Shown here piece after piece: positions 1 through 15,678 of a stretch of 64,000 nt of DNA (position 1 is its first letter; the number at the start of each line of letters is the position of its first letter). Below the pieces are notes generated by a model. That model was not told where the DNA came from. It searched no databases and worked only from the letters and a program-made list of their open reading frames with translations. Location of the stretch: NCBI RefSeq assembly GCF_009914755.1, contig NC_060925.1; one strand, written 5' to 3'. The position numbers and the translations under genes are program-made. The stretch comes from the human T2T-CHM13v2.0 reference genome, Homo sapiens.

Positions 1-1233
1 TCACTCACTTTCATTTTACTTTTTATTATCACCCTTCATGGATTTGATTTGTCCTTTGCTGTAACCCCTACGCCAAAAATAGTGCCTGCTATAAAGGAAC
101 TCAATATTTGGTAAAATAGTAAGTATTAGTAAATGAAAATAGTTTTCATGTGACACATAGAATATTCTGTTTATATGAATCACATGCTGAATTATTTTTA
201 GCGTAAGTTTTTTTTTTTTTGAAATATAGTGTTTGGCTGGTGTTGTGGGGTGAGACACAAAATAATTCACACCATATGCAGTGTATCTCTTCAGTATCAA
301 TATCTACAAATCATTAGATTAATATTCATTTTAATTGTTAATTAAATAATCTTATTAGAAAATAAATCCCAAAATTTTTAAATAACTCCTTGTGACTATT
401 GTACAATATACTATTGTTTTATCAAATTGCTTAATCAAATATATAGAAACAGTAGTCTCTTTGACCCTACTAAACCCTAAATGGGTACAATATTTTCTGG
501 GCATACTTTTGTACTTAGAAAGGCTGGACCAAAGGCTATAGATATGAGACATTGCCTTATTTTTTTGTTTCATTTCCAAGGGTTCAAACTAACAAATAAT
601 TGTGTAAATAAAAATGTTTTACAGACTGGAAGAGAAATAGAACACTGAAAAATATTTTGGTCTTATGTAGATAACTAGGAAGAAGCAACCACAGTGTCAC
701 ACACTATAAATTTTACAATTGGCTCATGAATCCAACAGCCACATGGCAAATTGCATGTTGCTCACATTGAAATAATTTATCTCCACCTATATAATGTTTT
801 TTTTCTTTGGTATGCAAAGATAGCCAATGCTTTTTTGACCCAGTTATTTTAAAGTGTCTGGTCTTCAGATCATCTTGCTATCTAAAATGCAAATGCAATG
901 ATCTTCCTTGCATTTTTGTTTACATTTTATAAAATATAATGATATCTTGTGAAATATTTATGTTTGATTCAGTGCAATTATTGCAATATTGGGCAATTAT
1001 GTCTCCATCTAATGAGGAAAATGAAGTTTATACCCAAATAAATGAGAACAGAAATAATGTGGCCATTGTTTTGGATCAAAATCATTATCTCTTTTGAACC
1101 AATAGATAATTTAGGTGAAAATAATATAATTTGAACATTTATTTTGGAAATTTTAGAAAGTCAGGTTTTATGTCAGACATTATGATAAAACTGATTTTCT
1201 TTCATTTGAAGTCCAGAAATGTAATTTAATGGG

Positions 1234-2307
1234 TGCTTAGTTTTCTATAGCTGCCTTAACAAATTCTCAAAAATGTAGCAGCCTAACACAGATTTATTAG
1301 CTCAGTTCTGAATACGAGAAGTTCTGATATGAGAAGTCCGACATTGGATTTCGCAGGGAGAAAATGAAGGTGTCCACGGGGCTGCTTTCCTTACAGGAGG
1401 CTCGGTGGAGAAATTTGCCTTCAGGCACATTCAGGTTATCTGTAGTTCAGTTCCTGCAGTTCTGAAACTGAGTTACCAGTTTGTTTGCTGGATGTTAAAA
1501 AGAGGATCCGACAGACTGCCCATATTCCTTCTCATGCTTTCTATGAGCTCCTAGAGGCCTCTTTCTGGGCTTTGCACAAGAGCCCTTAAAACTCAAAGCT
1601 AGTAACAGTGTATCTGGTTTCTCTCACACTTAGAATATTTCTGACTTCTCTTTCAGCTCCATTTCTCTGTTTTCTTCTATTGCATGGTTCTGACTCCAGC
1701 TAGAGAATGTCTTTAGCTTTAAAATTTTAGTATTTAGATTGGGTTTATCTGAATAATTGAAGATACTCCCCTTATTGTGAATTCCATTGATATTGTTTGG
1801 ATATTTGTCCTCTCCAATCTCATGTTGAAATGCAACCCCCAGTGGTGGAGATGGGGCCTAGTGGGAGGTATTTGGGTCATGGGGCTGGATCCTTCATGAA
1901 AGTCTTGGTGCCATCCTCACAATAATGAGTGAATTATCACTCTAGTTCACAGAACTGGTTATTAAACAGAGCCTAGCATCAACTCCTCTCTCTCTTGCTC
2001 CCTTTCCAGCCCTGTGACACAATGACTCCTCTTCCCCTCCTACCAAGATTGAAAGCTTCCTGAGGTCCTCACCAGAAGCAGATGCTGGTGACATGCTTCT
2101 TGTAGAGCCTGCAGAACCATGAGACAAATAAACCACTTACTTAACAAATTACCCACTCTCAGATATTACTTTATAGCAATGCCAAACAGTATAATATATC
2201 CATAACCTTAATTTCATCTACAAAAGCCCTTTCACAAATTAGTGTTTAACTGAATAAAAAAAAGATGGGAATGTGGAGGAGACATCTTTAAAATTCTGCC
2301 TCCTACA
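1234..2307 (-). mobile_element. MLT1 (MLT1D/E-like) MaLR solo LTR, split by a nested MSTB LTR
   Basis: Starts TGCTTAGTTTTCTATAGCTG (reverse of the MLT1 3' end) and ends ATTCTGCCTCCTACA; flanks ATGGG/ATGAG resemble a 5-bp TSD with one mismatch. Confidence 0.75.
1788..2198 (+). mobile_element. MSTB-type MaLR solo LTR
   Basis: TGATATTGTTTGGATATTTGTCC start, CCAGAAGCAGATGCTGG, AATAAACC, ATAATATA end; perfect TSD TCCAT at 1783-1787 and 2199-2203. Confidence 0.9.
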
Positions 2308-2544
2308 ATGAGTTTATATTTCAAACCTAAAGCTCAGGTTTCATAGTTTATTAAAGTAATACGGTGAGAAAATATATTACACAGCCTGCTAAATTTTAAA
2401 AAATAGAGGCAGACATATTTATCCCATGATTTTCTTTCCAATGATTTGGCAACTTGAATGACTTAGCAATATGAAGTCTGTTGAGTTACATTAAAACTAC
2501 TATTTTTTTAATAATATGATGTAGTAACTTCATGAGAAATTAAT

Positions 2545-2710
2545 TTCTCCTTTCCCTTGGCTTTCTTTTTTTTTCTGCATTCTTCTTCTGCCTTCTTTTT
2601 TTCCCCTCCTTTCCCCCCATCTCTTTCTTCTCCTCCTCCTCTACTTTATTTTTCTTCTCATCCTTCTTCCTTTGACTCTTCATCTTCTTCTCATTATTTT
2701 TCTCCCTTTC
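2545..2710. repeat. CT-rich low-complexity tract
   Basis: Polypyrimidine TTC/CCT/TCT units. Confidence 0.85.
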
Positions 2711-3179
2711 CAATGAATTGTTATTTAAAATATTTTTTTCTTGGCGAATTTTGAATGCCTTGCATGCACGTTTTATGTGATTTTCACAGTATTTATTGTG
2801 AGGTAGACATATTTGTTGCTATTGCTGCCACCTTAGTATAACAAAATGTGAATAATTTTAAATTATTTTACTAAGCCCACATGTATTGTAAGTAACTGAA
2901 AAGTCTATAAAAATGTGTGTTTCCTTGTTTTGCAGCATTCTATCCACTCTATCATTCTACTCCAATAAAACTTGGTCTTTGAAGGGTAAATATTAAAATA
3001 TGTCAATTACTCATGTGATTAAATGCCTAGACACAAAAATTTTGCTGAATTATATAAATATATACAACAAAGCCTTGAAGAAGCTTAAAATTTAGAGAGA
3101 TATGACTGGAGCATGAGACATAAAAAGTGAACATTATATAGTTAAAGCGTTAATGACATTGTATGAACTTTAAATTGCC

Positions 3180-3505
3180 ATAGGAACTCCTACAACTAGT
3201 AGCAAAAAGCAAATATCATGATTTTAAAATGAGCAAAGGACTTCACAGACATTTCTCCAAAGAAGGCATACAAATGTCCAACAAGTATCTGAAAAAAATG
3301 CTTAATATCATTAATTAGCACAGAAATGAAAATTAAAGCTATAAAAAGAGATCACGTCTCATCTCTCAGAATGATTATTGTAAAAAATAACGAAAAGATA
3401 AGTATTGAAAAAGATGTGGAGAAATTGGAACTTATGTACATTGTTGGTGGGGATGTAAAATGATGTGACAGCTGTGGAAAACAAAATGGAGGTTCCTCAA
3501 AAAAT
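3180..3505 (+). mobile_element. Old L1 (L1M, L1MB-like) fragment from the 3' part of ORF2
   Basis: AGACATTTCTCCAAAGAAG, GATGTGGAGAAATTGGAAC, ATGGAGGTTCCTCAAAAAATT. Confidence 0.85.
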
Positions 3506-5371
3506 TATAAAGAAATACCAAAGACTGGGTATTTTATAAGAAAAAGAGGTTGATTTGTCTCACAATTTTGCAGGCTGTAAAGGAAGCAAGGCACTGGCAT
3601 GTGCTCAGCTTCTAGGGAGGCTCAGGAAGCTTTTACTCATGGTGGAAGGCAAAGTGGGAGCCTGCATGTCACATGACAAAAGCAGGAGCAAGAAGGAATG
3701 GAGGGGTGAGGTGTCACACACTTCACCAGATCTCGTGAGTTCTTACTATTGCAAGGACACCACCAAGTCATGAGGAATCCACGCACATGACCAAAATATC
3801 TCCCACCAGGTCCCATCTCCAACACTGAGGATTAAATTTCAACATGAGATTTGGGTAGGGACAATTACACAAACAATATCTTTATGCCCCTGGCCCTCCC
3901 AAGTCTCATGTTTTTCTTACATTGCAAAATACAATCATGCCTTCCTGATAGTTCTCCAAAGTCTTAACTCTTTCCAGTGTTAACTCAAAAATCCAAAGTC
4001 CAAAATCTCATCAGAGGCAAGGCAAGGCCCTTCCTCCTATGTGCCTGTAAAATAAAAAACAAGTTATTTACTTCCAAGATAAAATGGGGGTATTGACATT
4101 GGATAAACATTCCCATTCCCAAAGGGAGAAATTGGATGAAAGAAAGGGTTTATGGGCCCCATTCAAGTTTGAAACCCAGCAGGGCAGTCATTAAATCTCA
4201 AAGCTCCAAAATACTCTCCTTTGACTCCATGTCACACTTCCAGGTCACACTGATGTAGGGGTTGGGCTCCCATGGCCTTAGGCAGCTCTGCCTCTATGGC
4301 TTTACAGGTTCAAACCCCTTACTGCTATCTGAGTGACATTGGCTTTTTCAGATCCAGGGTGCAAACTGCTAGTGGATTTATCATTCTGGGGTTTGGAGGA
4401 TAGTGGCCCCCTTTTCACAGCTCCATTAGGTGGTGCCCCAGTGGGGACCCTGTCTGGGGACTCCAACCCAACATTTTCCCTCCACACTGCTCTAATAGAC
4501 ATTCTCTGTGAGAATTCCACTCCTACAGCAGGCTTCTGCCTGGGTACACATATATACTTGTAAATCTACACAGAGGCTGCCAAGTCTCTACCACTCTTGT
4601 ACTTTGGGTATCTTCAGGTCTAACACCATGTGGAAGCTGCCAAGGCTTATGGGTTGAACCCTAAAGAGCTGTGACCCAGGCTGCACCTGAGGTCCTCTGA
4701 ACTGAGGCTAGATAGGGAGCAGCCTGGATGTGGGGAGCAGTGTCCTGAGGGTGTGAAGGGCAGTGAGGCCCTGGGCCTGGTCTCTGAAATAATTTAGTAC
4801 TCCTGGGCCTCTGGCCCTGTGATTGGGAGGGACTGCCTAGAAGATCTCTGAAATGCTTTTGAGGCCTTTTTTTCATTGTCTTGGCTATTAACACTTTGCT
4901 CCTTTTTAGTTATGTACATTTCTCTAGCAAGTGGTTGATCCACAGCCTGCTTGGATTCTTCCCCTGAAATTAAGCTTTTCCTTTCTACTGCATGGCCAGG
5001 CTGCAAATTTTCCAAACTTTAATGCTCTGCTTCCTGTTTAAATATAAGTTTCAACTTTAAGTCATTTATTATTTGCTCCCACATCTGTGCATAGGTTGTT
5101 AGAAGAAGCCAGGTCACATCTTGAATACTTTGCTGTTTGTCTTCCACCAGATACCCTAAATCATCACTTTGAAGTCCAAACTTCCACAGATCCCCTGAGC
5201 ATGAACAGAATGCATCCAAGCTTTTTGCTTAGGCATAACATGTATGATGTTTACTCCAGTTCCTATTTTCTCATTTTCATCTGAGAGCTTGTCAGCCTGG
5301 ACTTTATTGTCCATATCACTGTCAACATTTTGGCCACAACCATCTAACCAGTTTCTAAGCAGTTTCAAACT
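3506..5371 (-). mobile_element. Truncated MSTB-type MaLR provirus: one LTR (about 3506-3880) plus internal region (about 3881-5371)
   Basis: LTR motifs AAGAGGTTGATTTGTCTCAC and GAGATTTGGGTAGGGAC; internal part is colinear with the MST internal region at 29828-31340; second LTR absent. Confidence 0.9.
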
Positions 5372-5441
5372 ATAAAAACTAAATTAGTTTGTAAAAATGA
5401 AAGTATTCTAAGATCTCATTTCCTTTTCATTAGAGATATTG

Positions 5442-5926
5442 TTGTAGAGACTGGTACTTGCCTACCCTATATAACTTATCTTTTTACTTAAATAAAATAG
5501 ATTTCATTCTAAGTAGAGATGACCCCAATTAAGAGCCTAAATTTTGTAGACTTCTTTGCAAATAGGACTGACCAATGATAAATAAGGAGAAGTTGTGCCT
5601 TAGAGCATCGTAAACGAGACAGACTCAGTAGTATATATATATTTTTAATTTCCTTGTATTTTTGCCTGGAATATTGACATAATGCCTAGAGCTTCCATAA
5701 CCATCTCTGATCATGAGGTAAATAGGGAATCTGACAATAAAGATGATGGATCCCTAAAGACCATGAAATTGATACAACAATTCTAAGTTGCTTATCCCAG
5801 GACTTTTTGGACATAAATAAGACAAAAACAAGATAATAAAATAAAATAAAGTAAATCTCTACTTTTCTTAAACCATTTACTTGGATTTTCAGTCACACAC
5901 ACCTAAACATCATCCTAACTGAAATA
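5442..5926 (+). mobile_element. Old MLT1 (J/K-like) LTR
   Basis: GCCTGGAATATTGACATAATGCCTAGAGC...CCATCTCTGATCATGAGG; 3' end CATCCTAACTGAAATA. Confidence 0.6.
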
Positions 5927-6589
5927 TCTATTAACGGACAAACAAATAAATAGTGTTTGGTTCCTGCATACATCAAAAACAGCTAATTAGAATTAAACAA
6001 AACTTTAAGACAGTGATTAATGGTGTCTCTTATTATAAGATTTACCTGCTCTTCCCTAATCATCACACATGCAAAAACATTTCCTTTTTTTCTTTTTTTT
6101 ACAGGAAGAGCTAGAAAAATGACTATGTGACACATATCTCTGCTCCAGTCTAACCTCTCTGCACATCTACCATCTTGGCAGCTATTAAATATTTGTTTGC
6201 AATGTTGTCAACCATTAGTCTAGCTGATGTTGAAGGCATACAACAATGGGATACGTAGGTGTCCATGATGTCTCCACCCCACTATTTCAGGCTTTATTTC
6301 CCTTCCCACCCAGAATTCTGGTTTCCTAGCTCCTTGTTTCAAAACTCCCTGGAAAGCCTCAGAGGCCCCAGTACTAGAATTGACAAAAGCAATCTGAACA
6401 TCTAACTCTAGCCATGTAAAATTGTACCTTATTTTCAGTTCGGAGTTATAAACAGCTTGGAGTCAATGGAGAAGGGGATTTAAACCACTAACTTCTTCTT
6501 TATTTCTCAACATTTTGTGATCTTTTCACAAGGATGTCACGGCTTCTGATAACATCTGGTTTCCCTGTGATTCCCCGCCATCTCCCTAA

Positions 6590-7049
<460 letters not shown>

Positions 7050-7255
7050 ATGCATGTTTCTTTTTTTTTTTTTTTAAATCAAAATTATTATTTTTTTATT
7101 TTTTATTATTTTTTATTTTATTTTATTATTATTATACTTTAAGTTTTAGGGTACATGTGCACAAATGTGCAGGTTAGTTACATATGTATACATGTGCCAT
7201 GCTGGTGTGCTGCACCCATTAACTCGTCATTTAGCATTAGGTATGTCTCCTATAG

Positions 7256-8130
<875 letters not shown>

Positions 8131-8261
8131 TCATTTGTCAATTTTGGCCATTGTTGCCATTGCTTTTGGTGTTTTAGACATGAAGTCCTTGCCCATGCTT
8201 ATGTCCTGAATGGTAATGCCTAGGTTTTCTTCTAGGGTTTTTATGGTTTTAGGTCTAACGT

Positions 8262-9377
<1,116 letters not shown>

Positions 9378-11104
9378 TTACATGTTTCTTAACATGATAT
9401 CTTTGTATTTTTAAGATTTTGGTTTTTCTATGAATGAAATTTTTAATCACATTTCATCAATTAATTATTGCTTTCATTCTCATAAAAATTCAGTATCCAA
9501 TGAGCTTTATTCTATTGACTAACTGATTTATTGATCAATTTTTCTGTTTTTCCTGATTTTCTTGGGAGACAAGCCTACTAAATGCAAATAATTGGAATTT
9601 CTTTCTTGTATTTCTATCAATTCTGTTATTGTATTAGGAGAAATTCCAAAAGCAGATTACAGTTACAAACATGATTCTGCTGATGATTTTAATGGAAAAA
9701 TTTTAAATAATACACAAAACCATTTATTAATACATTCATTGAAGTAGGTAGAATACAGAAAGTACAGGGAACACATAAAAATAGAACAACTAAAGTGAAC
9801 AATGAAAGCTGAGAAAATGAAGTCATCACAGTTTTAAATGATTTAATGACATCTGTATTCTCTGTGCTTGAAAAAATTCCTATATATGCTGTCAGAAGGA
9901 GTTATTCCTTATTTTTTCCAAAAACACTTACCTGATAGTTACGAGGAAATTTGCTTCCCATATCTAATAATCCCTTTGATTCTGATTTTCATTTCTACAT
10001 TAACAGTTGTCACATACTTTTGTTTTACATTTTTCTAAATACTTGTATGCTATGAATGGACTAGAAAGTACTCAGAATTAAAAACAATACCCTATGATTT
10101 AGTATTCATTACAGAATCTAGCTTAGTGCTCTGTATGTAGTATACTTCACACATATGTTTTTTTCCGAGACAGAACCCTGTGTTATGGTTTATTTTACAA
10201 AATTCAAACAAGTGGCACATTATCATAATCATGATTTTAGGAGCATCCTTTTGTCAAAATATGTTGGTAAGCTCATTTTTGTGACTCTGAGTGGTTCTTC
10301 AAAGTTCAGCAAAAACAGAGCCATGAAAAAAGTAGAAGTAGTACAAACTACTTTGAGGACTGTTTCCCTTTTATAAAAATATCTGTTTTAAAAACCTAAT
10401 TTGCAAATGTGAGTAAATTATAGATTTTTGAATATTTCACAATATATTTAAAATAACATGCTCATACCTGGAATTTCTTCTACATTTATTAACTATCAGG
10501 GTAGGTTTTATGTAAAATTGTTCATTGTATCCAGTAATTTGACTCTGAGCAATACATACAGAAAAGTATCTTATAAGGAGAAGACACGTGTTTTTATCCA
10601 GAAGGCATTTACATTTATTGAAGTAGACTTCAGATTCCAGAAGAAACAGACTAAGAAAACAGGTCTTTCTTGTGCATGGGTGTGTTCTTCCTGTCTTTTG
10701 ATCTAGGGATTGTAGTCTGTAGATCTAACCTTCTCATAATGCTTCTGAAAGTAAATGGATACTGGAAGTAGCAAGCCACTTAATGTTAAATAAATGAGAC
10801 ATGGAACATATTGCTCTCCCTTGCACAAAAGACTCAGGTAGAGAAGAGTGTAAAACCTGCATAAATTCTTGGGAGTTAGAAGAAATCTGTAAACTGCCTT
10901 TAATTGGCTTTATGACGTTAGACATCTTCTTGGCAAACTGAACTATTTTATGCATGAGGTATTCACGCTCCAATTAAAGTGGCTTATCCAAGTTGATATT
11001 GGTAAGGGGCAAGCAGAGCCATGATTGATGTAAACCTCAGTCCCCTGTTGTCAATTCAGAGCACTTTTGTTATAGGAAGACCACATGATACTATTACTAC
11101 TGCT

Positions 11105-11280
11105 AATCATAATTACCACTTGCTGAAAAATTTCAGGAGTTAAGTAGCTTACATATATTATTCATTGAATTTTCAAAACAACCTTTGACTGGCATACTGA
11201 TACGTCATATTATAAATGAAAAAAATTGATTCTAGGTAATTTTAGTTACCATTTTCAAAGGTCACATAGCTAAGTAAAAA
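11105..11280 (-). mobile_element. MIR fragment
   Basis: AAAGGTCACATAGCTAAGT and ATAAATGAAAAAAATTGA resemble the reversed MIR core. Confidence 0.6.
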
Positions 11281-11799
11281 AGTTAAATTATAGTCACAAG
11301 AAAACAAAGTAACTTATTTATTTATTTATCATCTAATGTTTAGAATTTAAATGTATCTGAATTTGGAAATTGAAATATTACTCATTTAATTTGCAAATTT
11401 CTCTTACCTGTATAAATAATAAAGTTTTAAAAATACATTTATTTTGTGACAAAATATTGCATTTTATGCATAACGTTATCAGTCACATGAGGTCAACAGG
11501 AACAGAATATCATTTGGAGTTAACTCTATGGGAATACCATTTCTGAATTTATACATGCTGTAGCTCAGTGATTATAAGCAGGCAAGCCACAGAAGGACAT
11601 TCTGTCTCCCTCATCAAAAGCTCACAACAAACTTCCAGCATATGGAAGCATTTCTGCACTAAAAGTTATTCTGAGAGGGAAACACATGATTTATAAATAC
11701 TGTCAAATAAAATATGCATTTCCAAATGCTAGTAATATAACAAAATATATCCTATGGTTTAGAAACAGTACCCTTCCACCACTTCTTACAATGATATTC

Positions 11800-12010
11800 T
11801 GAGGCAATGAATGTACTTTGCAATCAAACCAATTTAGGTACAAATCAGACTGCACTGTTTAAGATCTGTGTGATCTAAGGTGGGTTACTTGACCTCTCTC
11901 AATCCTTCTTTTACTTATCTGTAAAATGTAAATAACAGTAACTACTATATAGGTTTGTTGTAAGGACTAAATTAGATCATAACTGTAAAGCAATCAGCTC
12001 AATGCCTGGT
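11800..12010 (+). mobile_element. MIR
   Basis: CTGTGTGATCT...GTTACTTGACCTCTCT...ATCTGTAAAATG...GTTGTAAGGACTAAATTAGA. Confidence 0.8.
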
Positions 12011-12199
12011 GTTTTCTACTCAGAAAAGGTTCTCATCTTTCTTTTTCTCTCTCAAGCTATTAAAATATTTCTTATAAAAATATATGTGAAATCTGTAATG
12101 AAGAATGTACTGTACAAGTCCCTGTTTCCAGGTTCCTCAGTATGAAAATTGATATTCTGCTGTTTATTGTCAGCATTAACAACACAAAAGGCACTATAA

Positions 12200-12790
12200 T
12201 GAACAATCATAGCTCACCTATCAGATTGGTGCAAACCCAAAAGGTATTTGACAACATCTCTGTTGGTGGATTGTCAGGAAAGAGGCACTTTCATAGGCTG
12301 TAAGTGGAATGTAAATTGCAAACCTCTGTGGGGGACAACTGGACACTTTCTGAAAATACTTAGAAGTTCATATATTATTGGACCTATTCTATTTTTGACC
12401 TCCCAATAATTTATATTAAAGCTATGTTTGCATGTGTATGAAGTGACATGTTCAAGTTTATTCATGCAGCAATGGTTGAATTACCAAACAATTGGAAAAG
12501 AGCACAATATTCATTAACAAGGATGCATATATATGTATGACATAAATATATAATATAGCATATATTAATCTTTTATATATATATAAAATAGTAACAGCTT
12601 TGTGTACAGTAATAATGTGTATGCATTGTTTAAATAAGATTAAAAATAACTTTTATTTGCATTTTCTTGATAATACATACAGGGACCCTGGAAGGATACC
12701 TAAGAAATAACAGTGGCAGATAAGTGTGGGAAAAACTTTTCACTTTTTGCCGTCATAATTTTTGATGAATTGATTATAAATATATACAAC
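12200..12790 (+). mobile_element. L1ME-type 3' fragment
   Basis: CACCTATCAGATTGG, GTGGAATGTAAATTG, TTCATGCAGCAATGGTTG. Confidence 0.6.
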
Positions 12791-14843
12791 TTAAAGACTA
12801 ACCAAATGTAGGGAATCAATAGAAGTCTTCTTAATCTTTATAGATATATAATTTACGAAATAAGTAATTTTAGAAACCCAAAAACAACACGTTCTCAACT
12901 GCTCAATATTATATTCCAAAAGTACTTTTGTAGGAGTTGTTAGAAACTTGGAAGAAATTTTCTCAGAAGAAAAATATCATATATCATAATTAAGATTTCT
13001 GGTCAGTTCATAAAAGCTGATAATCTATCTGTGCAAATCCACTCATAGAACCATAAACCTTAACAACTACTTATATGATTATTTAGGTGGAAGATATTTT
13101 TCAGATTCTAATTGCAATATCTGGGAACATGCCTTTTTACCTCAACCCTAAGTTAGGAAATCCATTTCTATTCCATTCCAATAATTTTGTGCAGGTAACA
13201 AACTTCCTTCCAGCAAAGGCACTAATGAGAGCAGAGATCAAGGATATATGTACCACAGGAGAGGAAACAGAGGATAAATTGTTTCCTACTGATACTCATA
13301 TTTTTAGGCTTGATGGGTGTTTCCAGAATGTTCCTGTGGGTGGGAGACTTTCCATCAAAAACTATGATTATAAAAATGTTAGTATATCCCAGAGAGTAAG
13401 AATTAAAGGTTTAAAATGCAAACACTGTTTTAGTAACAGTGGGCCCAGCTTTCCCTCAGAAAGGGGGCAGGATCACTTGCAGGTAAAATGCTCCTAAGAA
13501 AGGGCTTGCCTGGGGTAATTGAATCTATTTTAGAAGTTTCCATCTATTTTATTATTACTCAGAGCTTGGGTCAAGTAAAACAATTTTATTATAGGTAACT
13601 GAAATCTGCTATTTTCCACTGAAGAAACATATTGAGACAATTAAATAGATGTATAAAATAGCCAAGAAACAATTGAAAATGAAAAAAAAAAATACACCAA
13701 AGACTATGGAAAACAGCCTTCTTGGTTGCCAAATAGTTTTAAGTGTTATGGAATAAAGCACATCAGAAGCATTTCCTTTATAATGAACAGCTGCTAGCTG
13801 AAATCAAACCTTGTGTGTACACAGAAAGCATTTTCCGTAGTCCTTTTGGGTAGAATAATAGTCAAAATGTTTCTAATAATTGAAATGAAGTAGACTGTAC
13901 AGTTCCCAACTGTGACAATAAAAACATTATGGAAAACTGGATCACTCACGCCAGCTGAAACATGTAGCAATTGTTTCTATGGAAATTACGCTTATAAGCA
14001 TAATAAACTGAAAGCAGGGTCCTAACCTAGACCTCTCTTCAAGATTTAACATATACAAGTAAATTAACCTATTGAAAATTCCTCATTTGTTTAAACTGAT
14101 TTGCTTAAGAAGTTACACAAGGCTTTATTAAAGAGCATTCTGTAAGGTATAAGTTATTACATAGATTATATAATTCATTACCCTGTGGCCACATTTCCAA
14201 AAATAGTCATGAAGGGGAAGAACCTACTGTCACAATTTAATATATTTAATATGTACAATTGGGGATAGAGATATATTTACACATATATGAAGGTGCTGTT
14301 GAAGTATTATTCAGAGGAACTAAGCTTGTGAGACTTATTCTACATGTAGAGTTTTTATATGACTTCTTATTCTGGATTTAGTTATGCAAAATATTTAAAA
14401 GATCTTGTTTCTTTTTTTCATTCTCACTGATTTTTTTTTTTTTGAACTTCAACATTGGAGGTAACTCAGGTTTTTAGTACTACTGATACTGAAGAATTAC
14501 CTGTTAAAGCCCTGTACTGTAATGAATAAGCAAGGCACGGTCCTCATCTAAGAGAGCCGGCAATATAGCTCTGAAAACAATGAAAACTCTATTGTATAAC
14601 TGAAAGAAATGTATAGAATGCTCCATAGGACCAAAATCAGGAGGACCTTACTTATCAAGGCAATTTCTAGTGACATTGGTCTTTGAGTAGTAAAATTGGC
14701 AGTGAATAAAAAAGAAACAAATTTTTAAAAAAGCAAAACATAACTAATTAGTAACAAGAAGTCTTGAGTTCTCATCCTGTTCAACAATTAATATTTCTGC
14801 TGTTGAGATATTGCATGTAATCTAACTAAATTTCAGTAGCCCT

Positions 14844-15258
14844 TGTTAATGTAAAAAAAGAGAAGGCCATTAACCTGAGGCTGTTTCTGTACTTTGATTT
14901 CCTACATAACAAACAACAATGTGACTTGAGTGTAATTTTTGTAATATATAGCCAGATCTCAGATGATCACAAACAGCCGAGCTTCAGCCAATAACAGGCA
15001 GCCAACGGATAGACCATGCCCAAATAAGCAAATGACTGATTACATGGAGTCCAAATAAGGCACATGACTAGCTGTAGCCAATCTGGTGATTCCTCTACTT
15101 TGCTTCTGTCTTCAACCTATAAAGCCTCGCTGCTCCTGTTGCTGGGTGGAGCTCTCTGAACCTCTTCTGGTTCTGAATGTTGTCCAATTAATGACTCATT
15201 CTTTGCTTAAATAAACTCTGTTAAATGTAATTTGTCTAGTTTTTTAAAAAAATATAAT
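14844..15258 (+). mobile_element. ERV1 solo LTR, MER57/MER93 family
   Basis: TGTTAA start, AGGCCATTAACCTGAGG, CCAAT motifs, CTATAAAG TATA, GAACCTCTTCTGGTTCTG, AATAAACTCTGTTAAATG. Confidence 0.75.
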
Positions 15259-15678
15259 GTAGTGATTACAATAGATATGTATAATCTTCTAATGTAACTT
15301 ATAATTCTCCAATACTAGAATTTTAGGAAGTGAAATCTTTTGAAGGGGATTAGAAGACACCACAGATGTCTTCTTTGATCATGTCAAATGAATAGCAACT
15401 TTTTGTGCTTAAGGAAGACTTCATTCAGAACGAACTCTCCTCAGAATGGTGGAAAACAGCATTTTCTCCTAGCTCAACATTAACTCATGCTTTCATGAGT
15501 CATTGTGCTATTACTGTGATTTTCAGGCTATATTACTTTTATCTTTAGGTAGGCATTTCAGAATCTTGTTTTGAGAGGACATTTGTAAGTTGAAAACATA
15601 TCCTATAAGTTTCACTTATAAAGCTCTTCTTCACTTCCCTTCACTCTGACCTGTGAGTTACTCTCTCGAGGTAGGGTG

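Noticed and set aside
13087-13497. 136-aa ORF in unique sequence
   Set aside because: Starts at GTG, has no recognisable domain and no convincing exon boundaries; compatible with chance in 64 kb
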